A stretch of DNA of 64,000 nucleotides from Candidatus Hermodarchaeota archaeon (lineage in GTDB: Archaea > Asgardarchaeota > Lokiarchaeia > Sigyniarchaeales > SOKP01): the NCBI GenBank assembly GCA_048885525.1, contig JBHLLP010000005.1:14335-78334 (forward strand). The letters run 5' to 3'. The stretch's first letter is position 1. Every line of letters starts with the position of its first letter. The translations under genes and the position numbers were made by a program. The notes under the pieces were generated by a model. That model saw nothing but the letters and a program-made list of their open reading frames with translations, searched no databases and was not told where the DNA came from. Positions 46,401 through 56,502 of this stretch are shown piece after piece.

Positions 46401-48897
46401 AACTTGGTTCCCTTCATATGGAGAATTAGGAGACAGTTCAGATGTAAAGGCAACTTCAGGTTCAGATCAAGCAAATTTTATAATAATAGGGGATACCTAT
46501 GAGGAACAGGTCCTCCTTGATGATACAACTTTTTCGAACTGGGAAGCCTTCAATAAGTCTGAACTGGTCGTCGTTCCTCAACGCTCATCTGTCCCCTATT
46601 ATGGAATTGATAGTGATGGAGCTTGGTGTAGTCATCGTTGGTGGGAAGGAGAGTCAGGGGGTCAACCTAAAAATACTCCTGTTATGCATTGGAGAACAAA
46701 TGTGAGTCTATCAGTCGACATGTCTGATTATGTTATCACATCTGTAGACTTCAATGCGATAATAAATGCTAGTGTAGATATGTATATTGATACTCCTGGT
46801 GATACTCTAGCTAGAGCAGGAGTTTCCATCAATCAATATGAGACTTATGATTATGCCCGATTTTATGTTGAAATTACCACATTAGATGTTGATGAGTTAA
46901 ATACTTACAGGATTGCCTTTAATCAAACACGATTATTAGGAAACGAATTTCTTTCATTATATGATATAGAAGGATTTATAGGAGCTTATGAAGAAAAGGC
47001 GATAATTGATGCGTTAACTAATGTTTTAGCAGTAGATCCAGGTCATAATAATTTCACCATTGTTTTAGGAATCTATTTATACTGTGAAGATAATAATTCT
47101 GGCACTGATCTTGACGATTGGACCGAATTACGTTTTAAATTTCTGAATTTGACGTTTTCTTATGAAAAAAAAATAGATCAATTTACTTCCGTTTCATGGA
47201 ATCAAGATGGAGATAAAATAAGTGATATTAGTAATTATACAGTGGTAGTTGATCAAGCATTCCTTAATTTCAAATATAAAATCAATGATACTTGGCCTAG
47301 CACATCACCAAATTCCGAAATTAGGGTTTTAATTAATGATAACTTACATCCTGAAACAGTAAAATTAACAACCGCTAATGCATCATTCCAATTAGCAAAA
47401 ACAGGAGGTTTTGATGTAACTCCTCTAATTATAGAAGATGTGAACCTTTCAATTCAAGTATATGTTGCTGATGAATTTAGTTTAGATAGGAATATTGAAA
47501 TTTCAATAGATGATGTTACACTAAATATATCTTATACAATAATACTTCCTGACGAGAAAACTGATCTGCATTTATTTTTAGATAATGTAAATAAAACTGA
47601 CGATCCTGAGATTGATATATTTATTGGTGATTCTCTAAATGTTACGGTAAAATATCTTAATTCAACTGGAGAGCATATAACTAATGCTACAGTTCAACTA
47701 TTAGGAAGTTTTGCTGGAGAATTAGAGGAAGATGATGGATTGGGACAATATACTCGAATTATAAATACAGATATATCTGATGCTGGTACACATTTTTTAA
47801 CAATTATTGCACGAGCAGAAGATCATGAAACACGGGAAATAATTTTTAGAGTAGATATTAATAAATTTGAGAGTGATAATTTACAAGTTCTATTAAATAA
47901 TCAAAATCGCACTCAAGATCCTTATATTCAATTAACTGTAAGTCAGATCTTAAATATAACTATTAAGTATACCAATCTTATAGGAACCCATATTTCAGGA
48001 GCAAATGTGCTACTCACATCTGAAACGTACTCTTCATATTTAAATGAAAGTATTAGTTTTGAACATTATTCAATAATTATTAATACAACTGAAAGATTAA
48101 AAATTGGAGCAAATTATTTAACAATTGAAGCACAAGCACCAACATTTCAAACCCAATTCCTAGATATAACAATCTCTATTAGAAAGATTAATCTTGATAT
48201 TATAACTATAACTGGTTCAAATTCTATAGAGGCTAAAAAAGGAGACAATATCAGGTTACAGGTAAGATTAAATAATACAGATTTTGGTGGATTTGTAAAG
48301 GGGGCATTTTTAACATATACATGGCAAGAGGGAGATGGCATTCTTACTGATGATAACAATGATGGGATTTATGAAGCTACGATCTCAAATTTTCCAGAGG
48401 GTACATATTCAATAGAATTATTCGCATTTGTGGGTGATGATTATAATATTGATATGTATCAAATTTTTGTATCAGCAACGAGTGAAGAGGAGGAGGAAAA
48501 TATTATTTTTCCAATACTGTTTTCAATTTTTCTTGTATTAATATCTGGTTTAGCAATTTATCTTTATGCCTATCAAACATATTTAAAATATCCTAAACAA
48601 GTTAGAAAAGTTCGAAAATATAGAAAATCCCTAAATCGTAAGGAAGCTCCTAAAGTACAAATTATAGGCAGAGAGACTGCCTTCAAATCATACTATAACG
48701 AAAATTTAGGAAAGGATACTAGCAATTTAAAATTGAAACGCCATCCAGGAATAACAAAATCAATGGAACAAAAAATAAGTGTTGATAAAGCACCTGATAA
48801 ATCTCTAGAAAAAAAAATGGACCAAGATCAATTAACTAGAAAAGTTATTGAAAAGAAGGAAGAATTGGATGAATTAATTAAAGATTCTTCAAAATAA
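43402..48897 (+). CDS. Giant cell-surface glycoprotein, tandem fusion of two paralogous units (4 TM)
   Basis: Each unit has a signal-anchor, a head domain, Ig-like repeats, DxDxDG-like motif, TM and YLKYPKQVRK tail; many NxS/T sequons. Confidence 0.85.
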   Translation: MILRNGKKKSFLIFSFIFLISFSSIFIFSINQNTSSILNKKFGGSEKNNLKNPKLAAQETLTAVWFENPTFEDPIGPTWYHLYGELGDNSDIKATSGSDQANFIIIGDSYEEQILLDDTTYTNWEAFNKTELVVVPQRSSVPYYGIDSDGAWCSHRWDEGETGGQPKNTPVMHWRTNVSLNVDMSDYIITSVDFNAIINGSVDIYIDTPGDTLARAGVSINQYETYDYAQFYVEITTLDINELNTYRIAFNQTIWLGNEARLLYDIEGLIGAYEEQAIINALNNVLAVDPGHNNFTIVLGIYLYCEDNNSGTDLDDWTELRFKFLNLTFSYEKKIDQFTSASWNQDGDKVSDISNDTIIINEAKLNFNYKTDSNWTDASPNSEIRIFINNNKLTETIKLSTATTSFQIAKIGGYDVTSLIPYNVFINFSIQVYLADEFSLSKNITFSIDNLYLNITYTVLFPDYQTNLQIFFNGVNKTSLPFYDHPVGNDLNITVKYPDDTGTHIPGAVVQLSGNLTGTLQEDPSYEQYTIIIDANDFNAGTYDLKIVAHKVNYKLSTISRVLTVSPTSSQDLQLFLNGENKTLDPSFEISLDKLLNITIKYNTFLGTPVTGASVTLSGEGILENLNESVSLNQYSTIINTTLNLKYGTNLLEIEAKKLNHETKFEYPRINIRKINAMITPVNNTNTISTKPGGDATIQVYINNTDFNEIVKGAYVTYSWDFDDGILYDLDNDGIYEVNITDVPAGTHSININAFGSDKYNFISLEIIIAAVKPIDSSFLFRALLIAAIIVSIGLTSYLYAYQTYLKYPKQVRKIRKYRKTLRKAKDPHIPIIKRKKAFNRSYQEELDKTSINLKSKPKGEKELQERMVKESPENSGVELPNGTIKQSTNSHFTNKDKTNRKNKNRTHRKWFKFSLKKKWGGSLNIKNNRKFLYLIFILASLILYSLIICPFISQNSTIFSNDSVNNVFNENVGKLGISAQESFTKQWLDNYNLTTPIEPTWFPSYGELGDSSDVKATSGSDQANFIIIGDTYEEQVLLDDTTFSNWEAFNKSELVVVPQRSSVPYYGIDSDGAWCSHRWWEGESGGQPKNTPVMHWRTNVSLSVDMSDYVITSVDFNAIINASVDMYIDTPGDTLARAGVSINQYETYDYARFYVEITTLDVDELNTYRIAFNQTRLLGNEFLSLYDIEGFIGAYEEKAIIDALTNVLAVDPGHNNFTIVLGIYLYCEDNNSGTDLDDWTELRFKFLNLTFSYEKKIDQFTSVSWNQDGDKISDISNYTVVVDQAFLNFKYKINDTWPSTSPNSEIRVLINDNLHPETVKLTTANASFQLAKTGGFDVTPLIIEDVNLSIQVYVADEFSLDRNIEISIDDVTLNISYTIILPDEKTDLHLFLDNVNKTDDPEIDIFIGDSLNVTVKYLNSTGEHITNATVQLLGSFAGELEEDDGLGQYTRIINTDISDAGTHFLTIIARAEDHETREIIFRVDINKFESDNLQVLLNNQNRTQDPYIQLTVSQILNITIKYTNLIGTHISGANVLLTSETYSSYLNESISFEHYSIIINTTERLKIGANYLTIEAQAPTFQTQFLDITISIRKINLDIITITGSNSIEAKKGDNIRLQVRLNNTDFGGFVKGAFLTYTWQEGDGILTDDNNDGIYEATISNFPEGTYSIELFAFVGDDYNIDMYQIFVSATSEEEEENIIFPILFSIFLVLISGLAIYLYAYQTYLKYPKQVRKVRKYRKSLNRKEAPKVQIIGRETAFKSYYNENLGKDTSNLKLKRHPGITKSMEQKISVDKAPDKSLEKKMDQDQLTRKVIEKKEELDELIKDSSK
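43621..44466 (+). repeat. Internal repeat copy 1 (head domain)
   Basis: Highly similar to 46390-47235 at a constant offset of 2769 nt. Confidence 0.9.
46390..47235 (+). repeat. Internal repeat copy 2 (head domain)
   Basis: Highly similar to 43621-44466. Confidence 0.9.
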
Positions 48898-49204
48898 ACT
48901 AAAATTTAATATCAGCTTTTTTAACTTAATTATTTTTATTTTTAAGCGAATTAGTAATGAAGCTAAAATAATAACTCAACTATTTTAAAATTTATATATC
49001 AAAAAAAGGGGTAATTTATCTTATATATAATAATGTCTTAAGTAACTTAAACGATAGGTAGAAAAAGCACTTATATACTGTTTAAACTTGTTTTTTGAAA
49101 GTGAATTATTTATTAGGAACTTTTACCCATTAACTTTAGTTAATAATATAAACCAAATTGAGTTTAAATAAATTATAAAAATCATCATATTTAGGCGAAA
49201 AATT

Positions 49205-52200
49205 TTGATTAAAAATAGAAGAATTAGACAAAGGTCAAGATCTATAGGATTATTATCTATTCTATTATGCATTTTTGTTAGTTTTGTTTTATTAAATTCT
49301 GATAGAGAACATATTTTATCTATGGAAAATAATGAGAACAATTTAGAGAATGTAATTCAAAATAATTTATTAAAAACTTCAAGCCTTTCTTTGAATAATA
49401 TTTTTAGTGGAATTGGAGAACCGTGGAATGCAACCCATTATGCAAATCGAACCGATTATAATTTACCAGTTAATTTTGGAAATGGTACATACGATACAGC
49501 AGAAATTCCATTAGGAATTGATTGGATTGGGTATCAATTAAATGCATCAATAGACAATCTTTATGATACTAGAAATTGGAATAATGGTACGTTCGATTTT
49601 GGAGATGATGATGGAACGTATGCTGCGGCTGAGGATGATACAAGTGATATAATAAATCCATATCAAAATTGGACCTTTAATTTACTAGACGGTGCTACAA
49701 ATAATGATATGAGTGGAAATTATTTAGATAGCGGATATGGTCCATCTGATGGGCATAACTGTTTAGAATTAAGAATGGATGGAAACCCTAACGTATTAGT
49801 TGGATACCGAAACTATAATGAAAATGATAGATGTTGGTGGAATAGTACGTTTGTTATCCCAAGGGGAACCATAATAAGCAGTACTTTAGAATTTGATGTT
49901 AATCCAAATTATTTAGCAAATTTTAACTCATGGGATTTTGGGATTTTAATTAATAGTCAACAAATTTATAGTATTGGTACTTATTCACTTAAACAGCTTG
50001 GTGAGGGATCTTGGCATAGTTTTAGTATTCCAAGTTCTGTTTGGATCAATCAGTCTAACGTTTTCAATTCACCAGTTAATGGGACTAGTATATCTATCGA
50101 ATTTAGTTTAGAATATGTAGCAACATCCGCGAGTTATTCAAATGGATTTACAAATATAGAATATCAACAAATATTTGTAGACAATATTAAATTAGTAAGT
50201 AAAGCAGAAGTAAAACCTAGTCAACTTCTATTGAAAATAAATAATACCGATGTAAATGATGTAGATTGGGGAAAAGGCTACTTAGAACTAAAGGGTAATT
50301 GGCAATCTTCAAAAGTTTATGCTAATTTTAGCAGCGATGATACATGGAGTCTTAGTAATTTTGATATAGAATTAGACACAGATTTGAGTTTATATGCTCT
50401 TAAAAATATTCCTGAGACTAGCTATGAAACGAATATTTTTTCAGAAGGCGTAAAGTTTTCAGTTGAAAACAATAGTTTAGTTAGTTGGGAGAGTTATAGT
50501 TATTTTGCCGTTCCTACCGGGTATGAAGAGAGTACTATGAGGCTTGAATTTCCAACAGATATAGATATAAAATGGGTATCTGAACCACAACAACCAAGTG
50601 TTAATAGACTAACTCAATGTGATAATTCTACAACGGGATTATTATTAATTCCAGTAAACTCAATATCAACCACTCCTGATGGTTTCTGGAGATTTGAAGG
50701 TAAATCGCCTAATTATTGTGAAGAGTTGCAGATTTTTAAAAATACAACCAGTATACCTACTGGAAATGATTGGATTCAGGAAACTGAATTTTTTAGTGGA
50801 GATTATATTAATATAACTACAAAAATAACAGATTCTTCTTTAGTTTCAAGTTATATTCAACAAACTAAAGCAAAACTGCAGATTAGATTTCCAAATGGTT
50901 CAATTTGGACAGAAGTATATCAATTACAATCTCCAGACTCGAATGGTAATGTAGATTTCAATTATTTTCAAATACCAAAAACACCACCAAATTATGAAGT
51001 TGGAGAATATGAAGCAATAATTACTTGGAATAACTCTTATTCAATATTCGGATTAAATGAAACAGGTATTATAACAAAAAAGTTTACTGTAAAGCATTTC
51101 TCAACACTTACACCTGATCAGAGCTATTACGCTAATATTCTTGAGGGCGATACAATCAATCTTTTAGCATCTTTTACTGATAAAGAGAATGGAGATGCAA
51201 TTGAGGATGCTTTAGTCTATATCGATAACTTCTTGGGAGGTAGAGAATATTTTAATGAAATTAGTCCCGGATTTTATGTTTTATTAGACTTTAATACATC
51301 AGGAGGAGTTGCTGGTGATAACATACTTACTATATATGCAAATTCATCTTTATATCAAAATAATACAAACCAGATAACTATAAATCTAGTACTCAAGACA
51401 ACACTTACAGCTCAAGAATTTCCATATTTGCAAGTTTCGTGGAATGAAAATTTTACGATTCACTTGAATTACACGGAAACTACAACTGGAAATGGGATAA
51501 TCACGTCTCCGACAAGTAATTGGCTAGGAGAATATTCTATAAATATGACTTCACCAGGAATCTACAATATGGAGTTTAATAGTTCCTTATATGAAGTAAA
51601 TAAAATCCATTCACTAATAATCAATGTAAACGAAGCTAACTATGAATCTCAGAATGTTCTAATTAAAATCGAAATAATCGAAAGAGAAACATATATTGAT
51701 AATGTTTTTCTTAATGGCATTGAAAAAGTAACAGATAAGAGTATAACTCTTACTTCTGGACAACTTTTAAACATAACAATTAGTTATAAAGATCAAATTT
51801 CTGGTGATTTTCTAAGTGGGGCAACTGTTAGAGTTGTTGGTGGAGGACTTTCTGAGTTTTTAAACGAGAGTTTAATTTATCCACAATATGAACTAGTATT
51901 TAATACATCACTTTTGGATGTTGGGGCCACATTTCTCACGGTCTCTGCGCAATTACAAAATTACAGCTCGTCAGCTATAGTATTGACACTTTATCTTGAT
52001 GTTAGGGGAACTTCGATGGTTGTTTTATTAAATGGAGCTATATATCCAAATAATTATATAACTGTTGAAGTTACGGAAAAAATTAATATAACAGTCATCT
52101 ATACCGATTTCATAAGTGGGTCTTATTTATATAACGCTACAATAGAATTATTAGGATATGGATTTTTTGATGAAAATCCTTCCTTAGAACAATATAATTA

Positions 52201-53263
52201 CACTATAGATGCAGGTATTTTGGGTCAAGGAATTGATATTTTGAATATTATTGCAACTAAGAGTAATTATCAATCTCAACCAGCTCAAGTAACTGTAGAG
52301 ATTACTGAAAAAAATACAAACCTTCAATTATTTTTTAATGGTGATAATAAAACTGCAGATCCATTTTTAGAATTACCCATCGGATCATCATTAAATATTA
52401 CTGTGAAATATTCAGATTTACTTGGTAATTTTATTGACAGTGCTGATGTAATACTTCTTGGTGAAGGTTTATCTGACTCTTTAAATCAAAGTATCAGTTT
52501 TGAACAATATTCAATTTTATTAGATACACGTCAATTGGATATAGGAGTAAGATTATTAACAATAGTAGCACAAAGAAATAATTACCAACTAAAGAAAATT
52601 AATATTAGATTAGATATATTACGCATTAGAACTAATATTACAACCTTATCGGGTATTAATGTGATTAATATCATTGCTGGTCAATCTGTTGATTTGAAAA
52701 TCAAACTAAATGATTTAGATTTTGGAGGTTTAATTTTGAATGCAACTGTATCTTATCGATGGCAAAATGGACAAGGAATTTTAACAGATAATGATAATGA
52801 TGGTATATATGAAGCAACTATTCCCAATATACCAAAAGGCTCGTTTATTATTACAATAACCGCATTTGCAGGAGATGATTATGATTTTGAGAGGTTTGAG
52901 ATTTTTATAACTGCAATAACCGAACCTGGAGAGGATTCACTTTTGTGGTTAGGATTATTTATTGGCGTTTCAATAGCAGCTGGAATTTTGATATCCTATC
53001 TTGTAGTCTATACACGTATTTTGAGATTTCCTAAACCTGTCAGAAGAGTACGAAAATTCAGAAAAAGTTTGAAGCGCAAAACTGTACCTAGTATAAGTGT
53101 AACTGGTCGTCAAAAAGCTTTTGATTCCCTTTATAGTGAGGAATTAGCTAAAACATCTGGTATAATAAAATTTAAGCCACTAGTAAGTAAAAAGAAATCG
53201 ATACAAGAAAAAGAAGCTCAAATACCAGTATCAATTAAAGAAAAACCTGAAACTTTAGACTAA
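49205..53263 (+). CDS. Large cell-surface glycoprotein with Ig-like stalk repeats and C-terminal TM
   Basis: N-terminal signal-anchor; repeats such as LQLFFNGDNKT..LNITVKY; DNDNDGIYE; TM followed by RFPKPVRRVRKFRKSL. Confidence 0.85.
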   Translation: MIKNRRIRQRSRSIGLLSILLCIFVSFVLLNSDREHILSMENNENNLENVIQNNLLKTSSLSLNNIFSGIGEPWNATHYANRTDYNLPVNFGNGTYDTAEIPLGIDWIGYQLNASIDNLYDTRNWNNGTFDFGDDDGTYAAAEDDTSDIINPYQNWTFNLLDGATNNDMSGNYLDSGYGPSDGHNCLELRMDGNPNVLVGYRNYNENDRCWWNSTFVIPRGTIISSTLEFDVNPNYLANFNSWDFGILINSQQIYSIGTYSLKQLGEGSWHSFSIPSSVWINQSNVFNSPVNGTSISIEFSLEYVATSASYSNGFTNIEYQQIFVDNIKLVSKAEVKPSQLLLKINNTDVNDVDWGKGYLELKGNWQSSKVYANFSSDDTWSLSNFDIELDTDLSLYALKNIPETSYETNIFSEGVKFSVENNSLVSWESYSYFAVPTGYEESTMRLEFPTDIDIKWVSEPQQPSVNRLTQCDNSTTGLLLIPVNSISTTPDGFWRFEGKSPNYCEELQIFKNTTSIPTGNDWIQETEFFSGDYINITTKITDSSLVSSYIQQTKAKLQIRFPNGSIWTEVYQLQSPDSNGNVDFNYFQIPKTPPNYEVGEYEAIITWNNSYSIFGLNETGIITKKFTVKHFSTLTPDQSYYANILEGDTINLLASFTDKENGDAIEDALVYIDNFLGGREYFNEISPGFYVLLDFNTSGGVAGDNILTIYANSSLYQNNTNQITINLVLKTTLTAQEFPYLQVSWNENFTIHLNYTETTTGNGIITSPTSNWLGEYSINMTSPGIYNMEFNSSLYEVNKIHSLIINVNEANYESQNVLIKIEIIERETYIDNVFLNGIEKVTDKSITLTSGQLLNITISYKDQISGDFLSGATVRVVGGGLSEFLNESLIYPQYELVFNTSLLDVGATFLTVSAQLQNYSSSAIVLTLYLDVRGTSMVVLLNGAIYPNNYITVEVTEKINITVIYTDFISGSYLYNATIELLGYGFFDENPSLEQYNYTIDAGILGQGIDILNIIATKSNYQSQPAQVTVEITEKNTNLQLFFNGDNKTADPFLELPIGSSLNITVKYSDLLGNFIDSADVILLGEGLSDSLNQSISFEQYSILLDTRQLDIGVRLLTIVAQRNNYQLKKINIRLDILRIRTNITTLSGINVINIIAGQSVDLKIKLNDLDFGGLILNATVSYRWQNGQGILTDNDNDGIYEATIPNIPKGSFIITITAFAGDDYDFERFEIFITAITEPGEDSLLWLGLFIGVSIAAGILISYLVVYTRILRFPKPVRRVRKFRKSLKRKTVPSISVTGRQKAFDSLYSEELAKTSGIIKFKPLVSKKKSIQEKEAQIPVSIKEKPETLD

Positions 53264-53287
53264 TCGAAAATATTAGAAGATTTAATC

Positions 53288-53845
53288 TTAAACTCCATTA
53301 TTTTTTATACAAGCTAATATTATAGCGTCATGAAATTTCCCTTGAAAATTCAAATACTGCCTTAATGTGCCTTCTATTTTGAATCCACATTTTTCAAAAA
53401 GAAAGATAGATCTTTTGTTTTCTAATGCGATGTATGCTTCAAGTCGGTTAATTTTGAGATGATTAAATCCAATAATTTTAATTAAGTTTATAGATTTTTC
53501 ACCCAAACCCTTACTCCAAAAAGAAGGTGTTATCCAAATCCCAACTTGAGCCCTATAATGCTTCCAGTTAATATTCCATAGACTAATCGAGCCGATTTTC
53601 ACTTTATTAACGTTGTGTAATTCGATTATGTAATTAAATTGAAGATAATTATCCCAATACTTTGAATAATTTTTTATTAATCTTTTTGCATCTTCTATTG
53701 TTTTTAAAGGACCTAAGGATAAATATAAATTTAATTCATTTTCATTTAGGCTATTAAATACAAATTCTGCGTCTTCTTTAGTTATTTTTCTAAAGACGAG
53801 ATTTCCATCATTAATTTCTTCAACAAATTCAGAGTTTCTAATCAT
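53288..53845 (-). CDS. RimJ/RimL-type GNAT acetyltransferase
   Basis: GIWITPSFWSKGLG, ENKRS, GFKIEG. Confidence 0.88.
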   Translation of the reverse strand: MIRNSEFVEEINDGNLVFRKITKEDAEFVFNSLNENELNLYLSLGPLKTIEDAKRLIKNYSKYWDNYLQFNYIIELHNVNKVKIGSISLWNINWKHYRAQVGIWITPSFWSKGLGEKSINLIKIIGFNHLKINRLEAYIALENKRSIFLFEKCGFKIEGTLRQYLNFQGKFHDAIILACIKNNGV

Positions 53846-53951
53846 ATTACAAAATTAAAAGATCTTAGTTCATTGAATAAAAAATGTTTTTATAAATATA
53901 TCAAAAAAAAGGGTTAAAAAATGTATTGAAAAAACTAGGATATGTGAGAGT

Positions 53952-54782
53952 TTATATTCCACCAGTGAATTTTGGTTCTCTTTTTTGTAGAAAAGCCTGG
54001 ATGCCTTCATTAACATCTTTAGATCCAGCATTAACTCCAAAACCGAACATTTCGAATATATTTCCAATTTCTATAGGTACTTGAGTTCCAAATTTAACTG
54101 CTTTCTTAATTACTAACAGAGCGGTAGTAGGGCCACTTCCTAGCCATGAAGCTTTTTCATGAATAAGGTTTTCAAACGCTTCACCATCATCACAAAGATA
54201 ACTTACATGCCCCCATTCATGCATTTTCTCTGCTGATACTCGTTCTCCAAAATAAATCATATTTAATGCTCGATTCACCCCAATACGTCTTGCCATTCTT
54301 TGAGTACCTCCATTTCCAGGAAAGATACCTCTAGCTATTTCTGGAAATCCAAAAAATGATCTTTTAGTTGCAATTATAATATCACAGACAAGAGTTAATT
54401 CACATCCCCCTCCAAACGCATACCCATCAACTGCTCCAATTACTGGTTTTGGGAATTGCTCAATTAAAGTATAATATTTATGCTTTTGCTGCATGGAAAT
54501 TGTCCAATGAACAGGAATATTTGGTTTTAATCCTTTTCCCATAGGAGAAGATAAATCTGCTCCAGCAGAAAATGCAGGTTTTTTAGTAACATTTTTAGTA
54601 CCTCTAAGGACAATACATCTTACACTAGGTTCAAGTTCAAATTGCTCCATTGCTTCATAAATTTCTCTTAATGTTTGTGTTGTGAGTGCATTTAACTTAT
54701 CTGGTCTATTAATGGAAATAACTGCATAATTCCCTTCTTCATTTTTTTCTACTATTACATGTTCAAAATTCTTTTCTGACAT
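53952..54782 (-). CDS. Enoyl-CoA hydratase/isomerase
   Basis: NRPDKLNAL, FSAGADL, GGGCEL, FPE, PGNGGTQR. Confidence 0.93.
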   Translation of the reverse strand: MSEKNFEHVIVEKNEEGNYAVISINRPDKLNALTTQTLREIYEAMEQFELEPSVRCIVLRGTKNVTKKPAFSAGADLSSPMGKGLKPNIPVHWTISMQQKHKYYTLIEQFPKPVIGAVDGYAFGGGCELTLVCDIIIATKRSFFGFPEIARGIFPGNGGTQRMARRIGVNRALNMIYFGERVSAEKMHEWGHVSYLCDDGEAFENLIHEKASWLGSGPTTALLVIKKAVKFGTQVPIEIGNIFEMFGFGVNAGSKDVNEGIQAFLQKREPKFTGGI

Positions 54783-54953
54783 TTAATCAAACCTCTTTTA
54801 AATTATTTTTAACAACAATTTCTAATTTGATTTAAAGATAATTAGTATTATTTTTTTTAAAATTAAAAATTTTCAAATTGAAATTCAAATTTTCATTAGG
54901 AAATTCGTATAATATCAAAAATATAAAAAAAAGGAAAAAAAATTAATAAAATT

Positions 54954-56126
54954 TTATTTCATATCAACCCATTTACCAGATTTTAATAAATCACATGGTT
55001 TAAAATATTCTATTCCTGTAAGTTCAACAAGTTCATTTAGGACTTCAACTTGTTTATCCCATGTATTTACGTTTGGAGCCATAGGTCCCGGCATATTCAT
55101 CCCTGCCATTACTGTTTTATCAATCACTTCCCAACTATTTGTAACTCCTTCCTCTAAAAGCCTGCATGCTTCATTTAACATAATAGCAATTGGATATTTC
55201 ATTTTATAAATTCTTGCTTTTCCAGCACTCTTATCTGGTTCAGGTCTCCCTTTGGACCAGTCGCGGAATCCTTGACCAGTTTTCATACCAAGTTTACCTT
55301 CATTAAATAGTTTAGTTATTACCTTGCCAGGAGCAAAATCAGGAGAAAGGGTTTCAGCGTAATACTTTTGACCATGGTATAAAACATCTATACCTACATA
55401 ATCAGCTAGTACAGTTATTGACATAGGTCCAGTTCGAGCATCATTATCAAGTTGATCCCATGAAATTCCTTCTTCAGCACATTTATCAAAAACGTAGTTT
55501 TGATAAATTTGAGGGGGTGCAGTAACTCGGTTGCAAATAAATCCAGGTCTATCCTTCAGTACTTTTGCGATATATCTTTCACCTCTAAGACAAGGAATAG
55601 ATTTTGCAAATTCCATTCCTATATTTATACTTTCATCAGAAGAATGCACGCTATAAATAACCTCAATCAACCTCATTAGAGGTACCGGATTAAAAAAGTG
55701 CATTCCTATACATTTATCTGGTCTCCCCGATTCTTTACCAATATCAGTAATACTCATTGTAGACGTATTTGACGCAAGAATACAGTGAGGTGGTGCATTT
55801 TCTCCACAAGTTTTAAAAACTTGTTGTTTAACATCCATTTTTTCGATAACTGCTTCAATCATTATATCAGCATCCTTTACTGCTGATGCTAAATCTGTTG
55901 ATTTTTTACAATTTGCCATAAAATCAGCAGCTGTTTTACCTTCTGGTAAGGATCCCTTCGCTTCGAGTTTTTTCATCCCTTCCTCTATTTTATTCCAACC
56001 TTTATCAACGAACTCGTCTTTTATATCAACCATTGTAACATTGTATCCTGCCATCAGTGCCATTTGACCAATTCCATGGCCCATTTGCCCGGCACCGACC
56101 ACTATTAAATTCTTAATTTCAGCCAT
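54954..56126 (-). CDS. 3-hydroxyacyl-CoA dehydrogenase
   Basis: GAGQMGHGI, EAVIE, ASNTS, GMHFFNP, PGFICNR. Confidence 0.93.
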   Translation of the reverse strand: MAEIKNLIVVGAGQMGHGIGQMALMAGYNVTMVDIKDEFVDKGWNKIEEGMKKLEAKGSLPEGKTAADFMANCKKSTDLASAVKDADIMIEAVIEKMDVKQQVFKTCGENAPPHCILASNTSTMSITDIGKESGRPDKCIGMHFFNPVPLMRLIEVIYSVHSSDESINIGMEFAKSIPCLRGERYIAKVLKDRPGFICNRVTAPPQIYQNYVFDKCAEEGISWDQLDNDARTGPMSITVLADYVGIDVLYHGQKYYAETLSPDFAPGKVITKLFNEGKLGMKTGQGFRDWSKGRPEPDKSAGKARIYKMKYPIAIMLNEACRLLEEGVTNSWEVIDKTVMAGMNMPGPMAPNVNTWDKQVEVLNELVELTGIEYFKPCDLLKSGKWVDMK

Positions 56127-56502
56127 TTGTTTTTTTCAACCTCTTAATATTAAATTGGAAATTTTATTTTTGCTATCTAAAATTCAACATATATTATAAT
56201 TTTTTTTTAATTTTTGACTTTGTGTAATTTAAAACTAAATTTATATGTTAGAAATTAATAGTTTTTATTATCATTTTCAAAAGATTCATTTCTAAAAATT
56301 TATTAAATTTGAGTTTGATATCATAAAATTTTGTACTTTTTAAATATAAGGTATTCTAAAATTCTCTTCTCAGATATAAATACTTCTAAAAATTCTATTT
56401 CTCTTAATAATCAATAGGAATTTAATATTGAATTTTTATAATTTGATCAGAAATCGTTGTTTTTGAATTAATCAATCTGAAAGGAATTTGTGAGGTTTAA
56501 TT

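Noticed and set aside
43621-47235. The internal repeat as a diversity-generating retroelement TR/VR pair or an assembly duplication
   Set aside because: No reverse transcriptase nearby. Differences involve all bases and are often synonymous, and the copies are not identical.
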